This document shows positions 41,754 through 52,600 of a stretch of 64,000 bases of DNA, in pieces. Position numbers and translations under genes: made by a program. Location of the stretch: assembly GCA_918797485.1 (NCBI GenBank), contig CAKKNE010000002.1:1612001-1676000 (forward strand). Reading direction: 5' to 3'. Source of the DNA: Pelagomonas calceolata (Eukaryota). The stretch's first letter is position 1, and every line of letters begins with the position of its first letter. Below the pieces are notes generated by a model. It was not told the origin of the DNA and made no database searches. It saw only the letters and a list, made by a program, of their open reading frames with translations.

Positions 41754-42027
41754 GCTGCTGACTGTGACTAGCTTTGTGAGCTCGTCTTGTGCGGCTAGCG
41801 ATGCAACGCCGTTGGCGCTGTGTTGCAAGCTGGTTTTGAATTTATAATGCAGCGCAGATGCACGTGTTGCCAGGCAACAATGGCGATGCGACGCGGCAAA
41901 AATAGATGCTTATCTCGCCAATGCTGGACGCTGGTCATCGAGTCGACGGCCTCGACGCCTCCTGCTCCGCCGAAGTCGTGACGAAGCCGTCCTTCCAAGA
42001 CTCCTCTTCTCCTAAAAGGGATCCGGG

Positions 42028-42047
42028 CTAGCGGCCTAAGACACTAG
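42028..42047 (+). promoter_or_regulatory. Promoter-proximal CTAG motif (copy 8)
   Basis: ctagcggcctaagacactag between divergent genes. Confidence 0.6.
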
Positions 42048-42241
42048 GCATCCAAGCAAGCAAGCAGTGAGTGCCAGCGCGCGGCGTGTGGCGCATCCAA
42101 GGCGCTGTCACTCATTGATAAGATCAATACGAGCTGGTGCGATCCGAAAATCCAGCAGTTCAACGCCTATTGTCGCGCTTCGTATAGGTGCACTACCTGC
42201 CAGCAGAGCAGCACTCAGCAGCACTCAGCAAGGCAGCAGCA

Positions 42242-43213
42242 ATGCGCGGGAGCCGCGGCGCCATCGCACGGCTCCTCGTCGCCATGACAATCACGCGCGC
42301 GCACCGCCTCGTCCGCCGCCGCACGGCGATCGCCGCGCTCGCACCCATACCAGCAAACGCGATGTGGCAGCTCTGGCTGCCGAGCGACATGGAGCGCTTC
42401 GTGGCCGAGGCCGACGCGAATGCTGACAGTGTCCTCGCGGCCATGGATAAATGCGCCGAGACGTCGTGGATGATGAACATGGGCAGCGCCAAAGGCGTTT
42501 TAATAGAAAAAGTTATACAGCAGAGAAGGCCCAAACGCCTGCTGGAGATCGGCACCTTCCTGGGCTACATGTCCATCCGCTTGGCAAGGAGCATGCCCGT
42601 CGACGCAATCCTGACGACGGTCGAAATTGATGAAGATAACTATGCGGCCTCGAGACGGATCCGGGCGAAAGCTCTGGGGAAGCGAGATGACAGTGTCGTG
42701 GCGCTCAAGGCGAACGCGAGCGAAGCTCTCAAATCGTTGAAGGGGCCCTTCGACTTCGTGCTCATGGACCACTGGAAGCCGGACTACGCGAGGGACCTCG
42801 AGGCGTTACGAAGAAAAGGTTTATTGGCAGATAAATGCATGGTCGTGGCGGACAACGTCTTGTTTCCGGGCGCGCCGGAGTTGCTGGATTATTTAAATGT
42901 ACCCTACGTGCCGGCGACCGACGCGGTGAGCGGCCAAGCTTGTTTACAGGCTGCTGCGGATATTGACCAGAAGTTCCTGAAGCGCGCCGAGAACGACTTG
43001 AAGGCGATCCGGCGGCGGGGCGGCGACGATGTCGAGGCGGACCTCGCGGACGCGTCGGCGCGCCTCGAGGCGTATAAGCGGGCGGCGGCGAGCAGACCGG
43101 CGCGCGACGCGGTGTACTCCGGGAATGGCTTCGCCACGACGTTAGCAAGGACGCCCTTCGAATATAGACCGGACACGCCCGACGCGATGACGTTCTCGGA
43201 GTACTCTCGATAA
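42242..43213 (+). CDS. Catechol O-methyltransferase-like protein
   Basis: WMMNMGSAKG, LLEIGTFLGY, DFVLMDHWKPDY, VVADNVLFPGAP. Confidence 0.85.
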   Translation: MRGSRGAIARLLVAMTITRAHRLVRRRTAIAALAPIPANAMWQLWLPSDMERFVAEADANADSVLAAMDKCAETSWMMNMGSAKGVLIEKVIQQRRPKRLLEIGTFLGYMSIRLARSMPVDAILTTVEIDEDNYAASRRIRAKALGKRDDSVVALKANASEALKSLKGPFDFVLMDHWKPDYARDLEALRRKGLLADKCMVVADNVLFPGAPELLDYLNVPYVPATDAVSGQACLQAAADIDQKFLKRAENDLKAIRRRGGDDVEADLADASARLEAYKRAAASRPARDAVYSGNGFATTLARTPFEYRPDTPDAMTFSEYSR

Positions 43214-43245
43214 CTATTGTGTTGTAAACAAGTATCTTAACAAAT

Positions 43246-44007
43246 CTAACGGTGCCCGCACCCAAACGCCACAGTCGGCGGGTCCCAGCCCAGGCCCGCC
43301 GCGAGGAACGCCAGGTTCTTGTAGTTCTGGCCCATATCACCCAAAGCTCCGTTGATGCCGCTAATCGACGACATGCGGACCTTGGCGTTGCCGCCGCTCG
43401 TCACGCCGACGGAGAACTTCAGCTGATCAACATACCCGCCGCTCGTGGCGTGAAACCCACTGGTCGTGTAGCGCCACGGCAACGCGGGAGAGAACTGGAA
43501 CGGGTAGTCGCCCTGGTCGTCCTCGGAGACGTGTCCGACGGTGTCGCTCGCCGGGGCCTTGGCGTAGAGGCCGTCGCCGCCGCCGTTCTCGAGGTACGCG
43601 GCCAGGGCGTCGTAGGCGTCGTCGACGCCTCCATCGACGTGGACGTCCAAGACGCAGCACGCGTTTCCGCAGGACCCTTGGTCCCACTTGTCGCAGTCGA
43701 CGGGCTGACTGCCCGCCTTCATGCCGCAGGTCGCGTCCCCGAGGGTCGGCTGATGCGTCGGCTGGCGCGACGGCGGCCTCGTATGCGTCGCGGCGAGGTA
43801 CTCGGGCACGCGCGTCTGGCGCCGCAGCGAGCGTATCGAGACGGTGGCTGCGAGAGCGACGCAGCCCAGCGCGAGCACGAATGCGGCTGCGCGGCCGCCA
43901 GCGCCCCGCGGTCGCCGCTGTGGCCGGAAGGAGAACACTGGAGAGTCTGCTGAGTCTGCGTCGTCGATGGCACAGGCAGGGGAGGTCGTGAATTCCAGTT
44001 CAGGCAT
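43246..44007 (-). CDS. Type II membrane hypothetical protein, possibly DUF1499-like
   Basis: One TM segment; YVDQLKF...S.SG...GDMGQNYKN. Confidence 0.55.
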   Translation of the reverse strand: MPELEFTTSPACAIDDADSADSPVFSFRPQRRPRGAGGRAAAFVLALGCVALAATVSIRSLRRQTRVPEYLAATHTRPPSRQPTHQPTLGDATCGMKAGSQPVDCDKWDQGSCGNACCVLDVHVDGGVDDAYDALAAYLENGGGDGLYAKAPASDTVGHVSEDDQGDYPFQFSPALPWRYTTSGFHATSGGYVDQLKFSVGVTSGGNAKVRMSSISGINGALGDMGQNYKNLAFLAAGLGWDPPTVAFGCGHR

Positions 44008-44072
44008 TGCTGTTGGCCTTCTTGTGTGAAGTAATGGCTGTATTTGGACGAATGGCAGCCAGAGAGCAGCTT

Positions 44073-44094
44073 GCTAGTGTCTTACCGACGCTAG
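44073..44094 (-). promoter_or_regulatory. Promoter-proximal CTAG motif (copy 9)
   Basis: Reverse complement ctagcgtcggtaagacactagc between divergent genes. Confidence 0.6.
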
Positions 44095-44346
44095 GACAGC
44101 TGTGCGGATGCTTCTCCGCACCCCTCGCATCGCGCAGACGACAGCTCATTCGGGACGCGTCCGATTCAAAGCACAGCGTAGCACAGCGGAGGCGCAGCGC
44201 AGCAATATGATGGCAATTACGGCCGGCACGAGGACAGTGATGGACGGCCAGGGCGCGTGGGCGCTGCAGGCGGCTGCCCAGTGATCACGCAACCGGGGGG
44301 AATTCCAGCGGTGGCGCGCAGGACCTGCCGGAGACGAATTGGCACC

Positions 44347-47300
44347 ATGAGGCTGCCCAAAGTCCTGCTGATGATGGCAGCCGCCCGGGCCCAGGAGCTC
44401 GAACAAATACGCCTCGAGTTCTTGGTAGATCATCTCCAGGAGACCATGGCCGACGCCTGGGACGTCACGGGCACGGTGGCCGAGCTCGTCGAGTCGGCCG
44501 TGCCGGACCACCAAGCTGATTTGGTAGGGGGCGCCGAAGCTTTACGCAAGGCCATCTTCGCGTCCCTGCGCATGTTGGCCGAAGAGGGCCGGGTCTACAT
44601 GATGTACGCGGGCTTCGAGGCGGACGGGACCTTCTGCGGGTACTACGGCGAGGGACAGAGCTCGCGAGGCGACGACTACTACTACACGCTGCTGCGGGGC
44701 TGGGACTGCGCCTGGAACTACGTGGATTCGTGCGCGACGGACTGCGCCGGGGACTGCGTTGCAGACGTGACCGTGCCGTGTGTTGATGGCTACAAGGGCG
44801 CCAACCCCGATTGTAGGCGCTACTACGACGTGTCCAGCGACACGGGCGTACCTGATACTTGCGCCTCGGCCGTGAGCTGCACGACGTATTTTGATGATCA
44901 CTACAACACGGCAGTCTACGACCCGCGCATGCGGCCCTGGTACACTAAGGTCAATGCCGCGACGCCGCGCGCCTGGTCGAGCGTCTACCCCTTCGCGAGC
45001 GAGGGCGTGCTGGGCATCACGGCGGCCTGGCGCTTCGCCAACAGCGGCGGCGGCGTCGTCGGGTTGGATCTGAAATTGGGCTCCATAAGACAGATCGTCG
45101 CCGACGCCTACGCCGCCGCCGACGGCTCATTCACGCCGGCCTACGTGACGACGGCCGATGGTTTATTAGTGGCCGCCTCGGATTCTAGTGTTGCGCTCGT
45201 GGATGGTGACGGAAATCCAGTAACCGCTACAAATTGCTCGTCGGCCGCGATCCGCGCCGGCGAGGCGTACCTGGCGACGTCAACCAGTTTCACGGGCCGG
45301 GCGGACGCGATCCTAGAAATAGAGGGCGTCCCGTACTGGCTCTTCCGCGGCGCCGTGGCCGACGCCTACGGCCTCGACTGGAGAGTCATCGCATTACATA
45401 CAGCCGCGTGCCGCGCGGGCTACGGTTTGCGGGGCAGCGCCTGCGCGCCCTGCCCCAAGGGCGCGGCGTCGGCCGCTGGAAAACCGTATTGCGACGTCCG
45501 CGCGCACCACTACCGCTTCGTGGAGAACGCGGTTGAAGTGTATGCGTGCCCGGCGCACGACGACGCCTGCCGCGGCCAGCGCGGTGATCATGGAGCCGGC
45601 GACGCGTTGTGCGCGCGCCGGGCGACGGGCCCGCTCTGCATGAGATGTATGAGGGGGCACCACCGGGTCGTCACGCGGAACGGTAGAGCAAGATGTAAAA
45701 AATGTGGCGACTGGCGGTCCATCGCGGGCGTCTACGTTTATTTGGTTGTTTTTGTGGGCTTGGCGTTCATCTGGTTGGCGTGGGCGCGCAAGGCGTTAGC
45801 GCGCGAGGTGCGGACGCTCGCCGACCGCTTACGAGCTAGAAGCCGGCTCCAGGGCTTCGACCGCGCGCTGCCGACGCTCTGGATCGTGGCGCGCCAGGCC
45901 ATCTACGCGATCACGGTCATGTCTCAAGTCAGGAGCATCGAGCGGTTGAGTCTGCCGCGGCCGTATAGTCATCTCATGGACGCGCTGACGGCGTTCGCGA
46001 TCGATATTGATAAATACTTGGGGCCGTTGGCGTGCTTCGAACTTGGGTATTATCAACAATTGATATTTTGGACTCTGTTACCTCCCGTACTGTTGATGAT
46101 AGCGGTGTCCCTGACGGTCGCGTCGGTCTCGATGCATCAATTACTCGCTAAACATCGCCTGACCTCAAAATTCAAGCGCCAGGACGAGTTCCGACGATCC
46201 TCAAGACCATCATTGCAGGAAGCTTCAAGAAGGGCCTGGGAGGCCGTGCGGACGCAGATTAATGCTGTGGTTGCCTTTAGAGCAAATACCCATTACAAAC
46301 CACCTATACAAGAAGACAAGGTCGTGACGATGGCGGACGCGCTACGTAAAGTCGTCACGGGCTGGGTCATCCTGTGCATCTATCTCCACTCATTTATTTG
46401 TGGGGTCATTTATAAGGCGTTCGTCTGCGCAAGGCCTTTACAGAGTGAAAAGTTCTTGACGGGACGAGGTGAGAAAGCTTTTTTACGGGCGGACTACGGC
46501 TTGGTGTGCGGCACGCAAACACACAAAGCTTACGTATTGTACGCTACACTAATGTTAGTAGTGTACGCGACCTTCCCCGCTATATTAGCGTTACGACTTT
46601 ATATCAACAGAAAAGACGGTAAACCGGACAAGTATCTAGGGTTCATGGTGTCCCACCTGCGGCCGGGCGCCTGGTGCCTCGAATGCGTCGCGATGTGGTA
46701 TCGCATGGTGCTAAGTGGCGCCTTGTGGTTGTTTTTCCGGAGGGATGATGATGTGGTGCGCTTGGGGTTGTGTGTGGTCTTCGTCATCTTGTTCGTGGCC
46801 GCCATCAGTTTTTTGCGACCCTATGCCACGGAAGGTAAGAGGCAAGCGTGCACGATGATCCAGCACTCTCTCTTAATTTTCTTCTGTCTGGCTATTGCCG
46901 TCAAAGGTGAACTTTTCAGTCCGAAACGCTTCGCCTTGTTTGGCACTTTGGCGTTTGTCGCCACGATTGGACTGGCGTGTGGCGTGGCCTGGCATGTCTG
47001 GCGGGCCGACGTTCGAGCACTCGTGGATGGCCTGCACGCCCATAAGCTAGATAGACTGGCACTCAGAAGGTTGTATGAAGGGGCCGAGAAGGCGGTGATC
47101 GGTGAAGCGATCCTCGAAGCGGCGTTGGTACCGATCGAGGGCGGCGTCGAGGCTAGTGACGAGCGCTGGGAGTTTGTGGAGAGCGAGCTGTTCGGGTCGC
47201 ATGGGGCGACGCGCGACGTGTTGCGGGACGTCTGGGACGACCCCGGTACCGAAGATCTGGAGCCCTGGCTTGGGGCCGTAAGAGCCCAGGCGTCGCGGAA

Positions 47301-48435
47301 GCTCTGGGCGGAGAATGATGACACGATGACCGTGGAGGCCTTTGCGAGTGACGTCGACGAGGCGGCGCCCTGGCTTCGAAATTGGCTGCGACCCTTTGTG
47401 GAGAGGGCCTACGCTTGCGTCGCTGAAGAGGGTCCCTTGAAATGTTGCGACGCGCTCTTGGCGTTCGACCTGGCGGTCATTCACGCGCTGGGCGGGGAGT
47501 GCACCGTCGACCAGGTGCGCAAGAAGCTCCACGGCCTGGCGCACCAAGCTACAGATAAAAAACACGCCTGGTCCTTCGCGCATGGTAAGGTGGCGCCGGC
47601 ATCATCATTTTCTGATGCTTTAAGAAGGGCAAGTCGTACTATTTTACATCAGCACGACGACCCCTACGCCTTCGTCAAGCCCGAGCAGCCGCCGCTGTGC
47701 TCGCGATATACTGTTTTAGCTATCCGAGCCAAGGCCCTTGCGTTACAATCAGACGACGCGATGGCCCAGATAGCTAGAGTGGCTTTGGAGGACGACGCAG
47801 GTCTCAAATTGGTCGAACGGGGCTCTGTTGGTTTAGAGATGAGTGTCGAGCAGCCGTCGCTGACGGATGCACAACTGGCGGCCTACGTGCAGACGCTCGG
47901 CGGATCATCTTTAAGGGATCGAGTGGACGCGGACGCGCTGCCGGACATTTTGCACGATTTAGCTGGTTGTGCTCATACTTCTTTTCGTAATGCTCTAGAG
48001 GCCATCGTCAAGGCGTGCCCCGGCAGCTCTTTGCTAGGTGGATGCGCGTCGGATACCGCGGTCAAATCTGTCTCGAGGATGCGCGCCAAGGTCCACGAGT
48101 ATCGAGCCGAGGAGGGGGCGACGTGGCCGGCCTGCGCGCGCGTCCAGGATCCGCTCCGCGCGACCATACTATGTGAAAGTAGTGCGGTCATGCTCGCGGC
48201 ACTGGAGCAGGTCGAGGCAAGACCGTTCCGGCTGTTGCGGCTGAAGAACAACCTCGCGAGCGAGAAGAAGCCCTTCAACCTCCACGCGGTCCTCGAGTAC
48301 ACTACAAAAGCGGTCGGCGTGCCGTTGGTCGTCGAGGTCCAGTTGTTGTTTGACGACCTGCTCCCGCTCTTCGAGCACACGCACAACCTGTACTCCGTCT
48401 ACCGGGCGCGGTCGTTCGCCGAAAGGCACACGTGA
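44347..48435 (+). CDS. Receptor-like protein: signal peptide, dCache, Cys-rich region, multi-TM, RelA/SpoT-like nucleotidyltransferase
   Basis: YDPRMRPWY...WSSVYPF...GVVGLDL; C..GPLCMRC; several TM helices; KSVSRMRAK...DPLRATI...LKNN...H...EVQL...H..Y...R. Confidence 0.75.
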   Translation: MRLPKVLLMMAAARAQELEQIRLEFLVDHLQETMADAWDVTGTVAELVESAVPDHQADLVGGAEALRKAIFASLRMLAEEGRVYMMYAGFEADGTFCGYYGEGQSSRGDDYYYTLLRGWDCAWNYVDSCATDCAGDCVADVTVPCVDGYKGANPDCRRYYDVSSDTGVPDTCASAVSCTTYFDDHYNTAVYDPRMRPWYTKVNAATPRAWSSVYPFASEGVLGITAAWRFANSGGGVVGLDLKLGSIRQIVADAYAAADGSFTPAYVTTADGLLVAASDSSVALVDGDGNPVTATNCSSAAIRAGEAYLATSTSFTGRADAILEIEGVPYWLFRGAVADAYGLDWRVIALHTAACRAGYGLRGSACAPCPKGAASAAGKPYCDVRAHHYRFVENAVEVYACPAHDDACRGQRGDHGAGDALCARRATGPLCMRCMRGHHRVVTRNGRARCKKCGDWRSIAGVYVYLVVFVGLAFIWLAWARKALAREVRTLADRLRARSRLQGFDRALPTLWIVARQAIYAITVMSQVRSIERLSLPRPYSHLMDALTAFAIDIDKYLGPLACFELGYYQQLIFWTLLPPVLLMIAVSLTVASVSMHQLLAKHRLTSKFKRQDEFRRSSRPSLQEASRRAWEAVRTQINAVVAFRANTHYKPPIQEDKVVTMADALRKVVTGWVILCIYLHSFICGVIYKAFVCARPLQSEKFLTGRGEKAFLRADYGLVCGTQTHKAYVLYATLMLVVYATFPAILALRLYINRKDGKPDKYLGFMVSHLRPGAWCLECVAMWYRMVLSGALWLFFRRDDDVVRLGLCVVFVILFVAAISFLRPYATEGKRQACTMIQHSLLIFFCLAIAVKGELFSPKRFALFGTLAFVATIGLACGVAWHVWRADVRALVDGLHAHKLDRLALRRLYEGAEKAVIGEAILEAALVPIEGGVEASDERWEFVESELFGSHGATRDVLRDVWDDPGTEDLEPWLGAVRAQASRKLWAENDDTMTVEAFASDVDEAAPWLRNWLRPFVERAYACVAEEGPLKCCDALLAFDLAVIHALGGECTVDQVRKKLHGLAHQATDKKHAWSFAHGKVAPASSFSDALRRASRTILHQHDDPYAFVKPEQPPLCSRYTVLAIRAKALALQSDDAMAQIARVALEDDAGLKLVERGSVGLEMSVEQPSLTDAQLAAYVQTLGGSSLRDRVDADALPDILHDLAGCAHTSFRNALEAIVKACPGSSLLGGCASDTAVKSVSRMRAKVHEYRAEEGATWPACARVQDPLRATILCESSAVMLAALEQVEARPFRLLRLKNNLASEKKPFNLHAVLEYTTKAVGVPLVVEVQLLFDDLLPLFEHTHNLYSVYRARSFAERHT

Positions 48436-48711
48436 TTGGGCCCCCAGGGCTCCCTGTGCTAAGTATCTTTGTGTGAATCTTTGAGAGATATCGAGATAAA
48501 CCCGTTTTGTAGCTTTAGTTTTTAGGCGTTTTAGACGTTTTTTTGCATCCTGCGCGGCCGCATCCAGCGCATTCGCACATGCACTGCGCCTTTTAGCAGC
48601 TCTACTTGTCTATTAGCGTGTCTGCACCCACCCGTGCCCAGCCGCCTCGCGTAAAACAAGACCCAGCAGCCAAGCCAGTCCAGGCAGCAAAAGCAGCCAA
48701 GCCGCAAACCG

Positions 48712-49560
48712 ATGGGCGCCGACCAGCCCCCAGCGCTCCTCGCCGAGCCGTCGGGCATAGTATTATGGCTCTGGTTCGAGGTCGCGGTCGGTCTGAGTGT
48801 TGTCGTCGTCGTCCTCTCGGCGCTCATTTTGGGGCTAGATGTGGACGGCGCGCCACCCATACCCGTCATCGTCGCGTTAATTTTGGGTGTGGGCTGCTTG
48901 ACGCTGGCGCACCAGGCTAGAAGTTACAGACGAACAGCAGGCTGGGTCGATGTGGATGACGACGGCTGGGACGAGCTGCGGCGCGAGGCGCAGTCCGAGC
49001 GCGACCTGCGGGGCTGGGAGGAGCTCGCGCCGCCGCCGACGGCCGCCGACGTCGCGGCCGCGCGCCACGAGTCCTTCTCGGCGCACGCGTCGCGGCTCTG
49101 CGCCGTTGCCTTTGCGACGGTCATAGCGTGGGCGGGCCTCGTCGGTTGTCTGATAGCCGGCGCCGTCCTCGCTAAAGAGTGGAGCACGGAGTTTATATTG
49201 TGGTGCGCGTGCGTCGCATGTCTTTCGATCTCCGTTTCCACATTACCGCTGTTCGCGCGGGCGCACTCCTGCGCCGCGGCGAACGGCGAGTCGTCCGCAT
49301 TACGATTCGCGCTCGCCTGTTCACAACCACCATGGCAATTGTGCGCGGGCGCGACGCGCGCGGCGCGCGGCACGGCCGCCTTCTTCCGGTCCGTCGACGC
49401 GCGACTGCCCTGCTGCCACCACGTGCGCAAGGCCCACAAGGCCGCGAGGGCGCCCAAGGGGCCGAAGGGTTCCGAGTCTCCTCGAAAGAAGAACGCGGAG
49501 GCGACGGCCGAGGAAACGGACGACCAATTCGCGGCCCCGGACGAGTTCCCCGAGGCATGA
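48712..49560 (+). CDS. Hypothetical 4-TM membrane protein
   Basis: Four hydrophobic segments. Confidence 0.65.
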   Translation: MGADQPPALLAEPSGIVLWLWFEVAVGLSVVVVVLSALILGLDVDGAPPIPVIVALILGVGCLTLAHQARSYRRTAGWVDVDDDGWDELRREAQSERDLRGWEELAPPPTAADVAAARHESFSAHASRLCAVAFATVIAWAGLVGCLIAGAVLAKEWSTEFILWCACVACLSISVSTLPLFARAHSCAAANGESSALRFALACSQPPWQLCAGATRAARGTAAFFRSVDARLPCCHHVRKAHKAARAPKGPKGSESPRKKNAEATAEETDDQFAAPDEFPEA

Positions 49561-49654
49561 TGTCCCCGCCATCGACCGCGCCTGCTCGTTGGCGTGGAGC
49601 CTGCAATTCATCGACGCGACGTTATTCCCGTGTAATATTATTCTGTGGTACTTA

Positions 49655-52600
49655 TCACATATCCTCCGTCTCCTCCACGGCCCCGTCCCCGTCGGGCTCC
49701 TGCGCCGCGACGTCCTGTTCCGCGCACCACAGCGGGAAATCTAAAGATGTCCGCGTCGAGCGCGGGTCCGACAGCTGCGCTTTGCTGAGGTACTTCGGGA
49801 TTAGGGAGAGCGGTTTGCCGCCACCCAACAACACCCCATTCCGTTTCAGCGCGACCCGCGCGATGACGTGGCGCAGGAGCCAGTCTAGCTTCGCGGCATG
49901 CACTTTTCGCAGCGCCGCGTCGGAGACCGGGACATCAACTTCCTCCGGTACATCAACGGAAGGAGCGTCCCGCAAAGCCGCGAGGTCCACCCCTAACGCC
50001 GTCTTGACGGACGAGCCCGCTTTCTTACCCTTCTTCTTCGGTTTCGCCGCCTCCTGCTCGGCGAGGATGGCCGCCCGCGCCTGCTCCGCCGCCTCGCGCC
50101 GCTTTTCCGCCCGCTGCGTTTCCAGCACGTCCTCAATTTTCAAAGGATCCGAGAAGTCGCACGCGCCCGGCAGCTCCGCACACGCAGCGGCCACGCGCGA
50201 CAGCGCTTCGAGAAAGTCCACGAAGGCTAAGGCCTGCTCCGGTACCAAACTAAGGGGCCGCGCCCGGAAGAAGGCCAGGTGTAGCACCTGCGGCGTCAGT
50301 TCCATATACGTCGTCTGCAGGACGTCTCCGTCACTCATCAGGTCGAGCCACTTCTGGAGGGGCAGCCGCCCGTTCACGTGCGCTATGACGCGCGTCGCAT
50401 CATCATCAGAGGCAGAGTACACCACAAAAAGTCGTTGGAGCTCCTTGACGTGCGCGCCAAAGGCCCGCTCCGTGTCCCTCGCATAAAACAACTTGGCCCT
50501 ATGATCATCATCGGCCGCGGCCGGCGTTTTTGAGACGCGGCCCATCAGTTTGGAGATGGCCTGGTGGGGCCGCTTCTTGGACGCGCGCAACGCGAGTCTC
50601 ACGAGCGCGTGCAGGAACGTCGCCCGCGTCAGCGTGGGACCCTCGGCGGCCCGCTCGAAGGTCTTGCGCGCCTTCCGCCCGGGCAGCTTCAGGCCGATCT
50701 CCCTGAGAAAGACGCGGAAGTGCGGCTCGTGGAGGCCGAACAAATTACTTGGGTCCACATAATTGGCCGACTCCGGCGCGCTGAAGAAACCTACAACTGA
50801 TGCGGACGGCGAATTCAGGGGACTCATCACCGTCGACTCGAGGCTCGCCACCGTCGGCGAGTCGAGGCTCTGCAGCGAGCTGTCGAGGGTGTCCATGGCA
50901 CTCGACTGGAGCGTGTCCATCGATCCTCTAGATGCCCGCTTGGATCGGATCTTGAGGAAGTTCTGGCACGCGCAGTAGTGGTCGAAGACCCTCGCAATAA
51001 CACGGAAGTCCTTCTTTAATGAATCGTGGACGCTCTCGAGCACCACATCGAGGCCCGAGGGCGGCTTGGGCGTTTCCCCCACCTCGACCTCCTGCTGTAA
51101 TTCGTCAGGCAGCTGTGTTTGAACGACACCCTCGACCTCGATGTCCTCCAGCCCAGATATGGCGACCTTCTGCTTCTCGAGCTCGAGCTTGTACTCCTCC
51201 ACAGCCAAAGCCCGTTGCTTGGCCAGCTTCATCCGCGACTTGTGCTTCTTCTCGTCGTTTTTGGCACCATCCTTCTCGCATTTTTCTAGCAGCTCGACGA
51301 GAGCAGTGTTTGTTTTGATCGAATCCCAGTCGGCGGCCAGGACATTTCGTGATACTTCCTCAGAGTCGTCAAAGGTGTTAAAGTCGGTCTGGAACTGGCG
51401 CTGCGCGTAGAGCGACTGCTCGACGCGCCAGTCGTCTTCCTCGTCCTCCTCGCATGCGTCGCCGAGTTGTGACGTGACCAGCGTCAACGGTAGGACAGGT
51501 ATCATGCTGTCCATCGGTGATGGTCTGGGTGCTTTTTTAGCGAGAATGACGGGAGGGAGGTTTATGGGAGGCGCCCTTGCGAGACGAGGTCCTTGCATGG
51601 CCACTTCCAGTAAAGGATGCGGGAGCTGGAGCAAGGCGTCAGGCGCGGAGGCCACGCAAGCGACCTGGGGCGCGTGGTAGAAGTAGCAGCCCTCTCCATT
51701 ATCGTTGCCGACTGAGTCGAAGAGGCCCTCGGAGACGCGCGCGCCCGCGACTCGCTTCCACTTCACGAGCTTGGGCGGCGCCCTATCCAACGTCCGCCTC
51801 CTCCCATCGGACGCGAAGTGGAAGAATTCTTTTTCAGACGTGTCTGTCGATGCTAACACGACCCAGGACGCGTCTGGTGATGATGATGGCTCCGGTGGTG
51901 ACGAGGGACCGGCCTCGACGGTCTGGTGGCCCCGCGCCAACTTCTCGCGCACCTCAGCGTCGTCCGGGCGCGTGAGCAACTTGGCCAATATACCAGCCTT
52001 TGACGGGCTCTTGCGGGCTTCGGGCGTGGCCTCCGGCTCCTCTTGCGGCGCGGGCGCGGGCGCCGGCGCTTCGACGGGCTCGGGTTCGGCTTCCGGCAGC
52101 GTCGTATCGACGCCGCAAAACCTAGACACGGGCGGTTTCCACCTAGAACCGTCCGCGCCGCCCAATAATAGTGTCGATTTATGAGTCGCGTTCAGCTTCT
52201 TCAGCTCAGTACCATCAGCTTGCCACAGGTTCAGGGCGCTGCCCCTCAACAAGGTATTGACGGCCGGCGGCACCAACGGCGGTGCCACCGGATACAGGTC
52301 CGCCCTAGACTTAATCTCCTTCGGCGGCCGCCTCCTTTTTATGGTCTTCCGCTGCTCTATCACACCTTTGGAGGCCTCGGCGAGCTGGTAGTGGTATAAA
52401 GCGGCTCGAGAAGCGCCGTCGCACATGAGGTTGGCCAAGACCGCGCGCGCGAAGTCGCCGAGTCCATCGACGTACGCCGCGGCCTTGAGCAGCAGCGGGA
52501 CCGCCGCGTCGCAGAGGGCCGGCCTTGCACAGGGCTCCGCCGACAAATTGAGCAGCGCGCGGAAGGCGTCCGCGGTTATTGATCTGATCTTGGCCGATAA

